A DNA stretch of 64,000 bases. Source: Lytechinus pictus. Taxonomy: Eukaryota. Each line of letters begins with the position of its first letter. The stretch's first letter is position 1. The DNA is taken from positions 29,946,001-30,010,000 of the forward strand of contig NC_087247.1 of NCBI RefSeq assembly GCF_037042905.1. Reading direction: 5' to 3'. The position numbers and the translations under genes were made by a program. Under the pieces are notes generated by a model. It was not told the DNA's origin. It saw nothing but the letters and a program-made list of their open reading frames with translations, and ran no database searches. Of this stretch, positions 59,801-64,000 are shown one piece after another.

Positions 59801-62800
59801 TTTCTCCCTCATCGCATGAATCCATATTTAATAAAGTGACACGTGCACAAAAAGAATCAAATAGCTCAGAAATAATACGAAAATGAAACAAGTCCATGTA
59901 CTAATCAGGTTCCTTGGTTGGAAATCGAAGAAAAGGCCAGTCCGTGCTGCTGTCATCTCACAATAAGAAAAGTACAACTTTAGGGTTGGGGTTAGAGTTA
60001 CGTTCAGTAATAAGAGACAAAAGCCTCCATAAGACAGATTCCGTTTGAGACTATCAAAAGGTGCCAAGTTTCGCATTGAAAATTCACCTCAAAATATTGC
60101 ACCTTTTTAAATTTCACTGCAGATCTTTTCGTGAACGATTGCACCATCTGTGCACCTTTAATTATAAGTGTGCATTGAAATATATTTCTTTGCGTTAATT
60201 CTCCCCTTTTGCATTTCTTGATTATCACATGTCTTGATTAGTGGTCATGCCGGTATACACCACAGGTGACATTCCTCTATCACTTATCAAAACGTCCTTC
60301 CATAAAAATGTAATAAGACTTATTTATTAAGGACAAAATTTTTTTTAGTACTGCGTCTATGTGCAACTTCAATATGGTTACCTTGTGTTTTACATTTCAG
60401 TTAAACCAAGGAGCTTCAAACCACGGATACAACTTGGAGGATTTATAAATCTACATGGTATACGCTTAAACATGTGGCATCAATCTCCTCACCTATATCT
60501 GCGTAGCTGGTTTCCAAGTTATGTTTAATTCATAATTGCTTTTATATCTTGCTATATACAAAAAAGCCAAAGTCCAATATAGTTCATTTCGAATACAATA
60601 TATTTTTTGTGTATGAGGATGTCGGTCAGTTTTTAATAATTTCGGGTACTTATGAGTGGAATTTAGAGATGTAATTTACACACAAGATTGGCTCTATTGT
60701 AAAAGCAATTCCTCGTGTCTATCTTGCCAAGAGATGGACTTAGCCCGTTGTTGTTCTCACATTCATATACTCATTAATGGGTTTTATTTAGTGAGTCTGT
60801 CTTGTCTAGAATTCAAGTTGACCATGATGTTAATGGTGTTGCTGGTCGTTAGGGTGATTAGGCTGCATGTTTTACATGCATGAATACATGACAGACAACC
60901 TCCACCTGCTCATGAAGGATGATGGAACAAGAAAATGGGAATGCAACCGTCTTAACTCTTATCCTTCCAGATGAATATTAGCTGCTGAGTGCTGAGCGCT
61001 GGAAAAAGTCGAAGCTCGAGCTAAAGCCGGGGGAACTGTATAGCTTAGTATATCCTCGGCCAAAAAAGGCTATGTAAATCCAGCCATTAGTTTTAATTGA
61101 TGTTAATAACATTATGTTAAGGATTAACAAGGATTCCATAATATTATGTTATGCAAATTAGCTACACTGCCATCACGCTAAGAGCAGAGGGGCGGCTGCG
61201 CAGTTTTCCATGAAGGGCTTCGTCCAAACATGCTAGCTCCATGGCCCAAATATGTGGATCCTACGCCAAAATGTAAAGGAAATAAGTGTTAAAAATATTT
61301 GGTCGTTGTTAAAAGGAAGTAGTGGGTGCCAATGACAGGAAGTTCATGGGATGATGGGAGATTTATGTCACAGTCACACCCGACGATACCGATTCCAGAC
61401 CGATCAACATTATTACGTTATTTTCAATTCCATACTATCGGTCGGTTCGGGGGATCGGTAAAGGTGATGTGACTGCGAAATGATGGGTGCCTGAATATCA
61501 ATTTCAGTTTGTTTTTGCGATTTTGGGTCAACTCTTCCATAGTAAACTCGACGTATGCCATACAAACGTCAATTTTATTTACGGAAATGACTTTCACGTC
61601 ACATCTTCCATCCAAATCATGCCGATTATCTTTCGATATATAATCAGATTCTGCTATACGAACTCTTATGGTCTCTTTAAAGTACAACTATTCTGTCATG
61701 AGCTTTTATCTGTTAAATATTTTTAAATCCCCTTCCTAATAATGATAATCATGTTCATAATCAATTAGCGTATAATGATAATGGTTGAAACTATTTCCCC
61801 TCCGATGTATAATTATTTGGAGTTCTTCAGAAAATACGTATAAAGAAGCCTTTATGAAACATTCTTTTCTGGAGGTTACAAATACAAGACAAAACTCACA
61901 TTTCCTTTTGAAAATGAGAATTCCCAAAATGTTAATAAAACTGGCATAAAGATATATCGGAATCACTCGGCATGTCCTCAAAATGTAATGGTCTTACGGA
62001 CAAGCAAGGGCACAACACCTATTACTGGTTTGGGACACAGAGAGCAAGGAATTATCAACTGTGTGGTAATTCCTTGATCTGAGAATGTGAAGTCATACAA
62101 GCTACAAGACCATGGAGAGGTAGAAATAAAAAGGCCAAGGAATTCATGAACCACATAACGAAATAGGCCTACAATCGTGGGCTGCCCAGGGGGCATTTTG
62201 ATGGGCGGAGGGGGTGGACGACCTAAGTAGCGATAACGCCATTTTCTTCTAAATTTGAGCAATGTGCGAATAACTATATAGCCCACATGCCTCTCATTTT
62301 GTTACTTTTTGTGATTTCTTGTTTCCACTTTCTATAAAGAATCATAGCGGTGACCACCCGACCCACCCCCCTCCCGTGGCTCCAAGGTACCCAAGCTATA
62401 TGATGAACGGTTGGAAAATAAAACATTGTTTAATACTAATTAAGTATTTTTTCCAAGTAGTCTTATACATTAAGATATAGAATAAAAACGTTCTACGGTA
62501 CTTCTGTCAACAATACTTCAAAATAAAATCAAGTGATGTTCATGCAAGGCACAGTAAAAGCCACGGAATGTATATGTAGCTAATTCCTTAGCCCTTGCTT
62601 CTTTATTATGCTCCTCCATTAGTCTTTGGCAATTAAGTTTTCTCGCCAGACACATCGAAGGACAAGCGAGCTTATAATGATATGGGCCTACAGCTCAGGG
62701 CATATGATAGAACACACTCGTATCTATCAAGCATTCTGGTACACAGCTTTTTAAAGATGTTTTTAATTATGAAAGGTGTAATATCTACCCTGGCGCTGTA

Positions 62801-64000
62801 TAAAACGGAAGGCTTTATATGGTTGTCAGATTCTGATCAGAATTAATGAAGGGCGCTCCTATACATGGCAATGTTCTTCCATGGTTCTACAATAAATAAT
62901 TTGGCGCACTTGCGATTGTAGCTTTTGGTTTGCTCCTATATGGCAGAAACAACGCATACATCGTGAAATTAAAAGATAATGATAATTCATCTTCATTAAA
63001 TTAATATTGAACTAACAGGCAGAGAGTCGTGATATTTTTTTTCTTCAGAAGGGGGACACTTTTGGAGGTATGCTAACTTGGTCTTCAAAAGGCCATGTCT
63101 GACCTCATGAAGCATAACATGAATTAAATAACCATTCAGCTACTTCATGTACTATAATTATAGGTCCATGTTATAACCATTCGGCCTACATCCCGAAACT
63201 GACAGATGTGACAGCATTAAATGTTTTCTTTTTAATGTAGGTGTAGGTCTGACGTCTTTGTAGACCTCGTACGTTCAATCATGTTATCAAGGTGAGAGAA
63301 TGAGATGAAAACCAAGATAATGAGCATGGAGGCAGCCATCTTGAAGAATCGTATAATTGGATCTCCATGGCGTCCTTCCATTCGTTTCGATGTAACCAGG
63401 AAAGAGTTATGGCCAGTAATCATGTAGTGACCGTGGACCATGTTTTCATGTCAATGAAAGCTAAATACTTCCGTAAACTATCTTCGGGAATGGTTCTACA
63501 GGAGGGGGTGGGGGCGATCGCCATTATGCTTTTTCAAGTGATGAAAGAGGGGGGGGGATAATGGGAGCGAAGCAAGAGGAGCATGAAAAAGAGAAGTATA
63601 GATCGTGTAAAGTCATGTTACCCCTGTAATTCGACTGAGAAAGAAAAAGGCCGTCTTGCGCCCGCCCCCCCCCCCTCCTTCCTGTAGCGCCGCCTCTGAA
63701 TATAATATTACTTTGTTCATGGAGATGGATTGTTCATTTTGATATGGGATAATGAATCAAGGCAAGGGGAGGCTTCATCATAAACCAAATGACCATGGAG
63801 GAATATTATACAATTCTACAAATAAACATAAAGTAGACAGAAAATTCCAATTTCACTTCCGGTTTCACACAGCTTCTTTTACGTTCTAGTTTATATCCAC
63901 GGAAAGGGGCGAAGCCGGTGGGTCGTCCAGTGATATCATTGTAATTTTTCCGAACTGATCGATATGATATAATACATACAAGCTTTTGCTTTTCTTGGCA

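Overview
Eukaryotic (animal) genomic DNA: AT-rich, intron-rich and repeat-rich. The repeat landscape looks like a marine invertebrate, probably an echinoderm such as a sea urchin (inference only). Three protein-coding genes can be rebuilt from splice sites and reading frames. (1) A complete 16-exon MCM6 on the + strand (5774-27978, 822 aa) with an E2F-type promoter site. (2) A complete 8-coding-exon secreted subtilisin of the S8A proteinase K/aqualysin type with an I9 propeptide on the - strand (37117-29834, 362 aa), tail-to-tail with MCM6. (3) An unrecognised single-pass membrane protein on the - strand (at least 6 exons, 51082-44571, first exon not found) with a small Cys-rich ectodomain and a tyrosine-rich disordered tail of about 500 aa. 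Mobile DNA is abundant: a 5'-truncated L2-type LINE with an open RT frame, an L1/Tx1 3' fragment with a 14-bp TSD, tRNA-derived SINEs, many MITEs, and a ~5.9-kb TIR/TTA-TSD element in MCM6 intron 11 carrying a 180-bp satellite array. The most interesting observations are the orphan receptor/adaptor, a LINE-SINE pair sharing a covarying 3' stem-loop, the satellite-carrying element and the duplicated MCM6 exon-8 splice donors. No prokaryotic system (CRISPR or similar) is supported. Most ORF-track entries are spurious.
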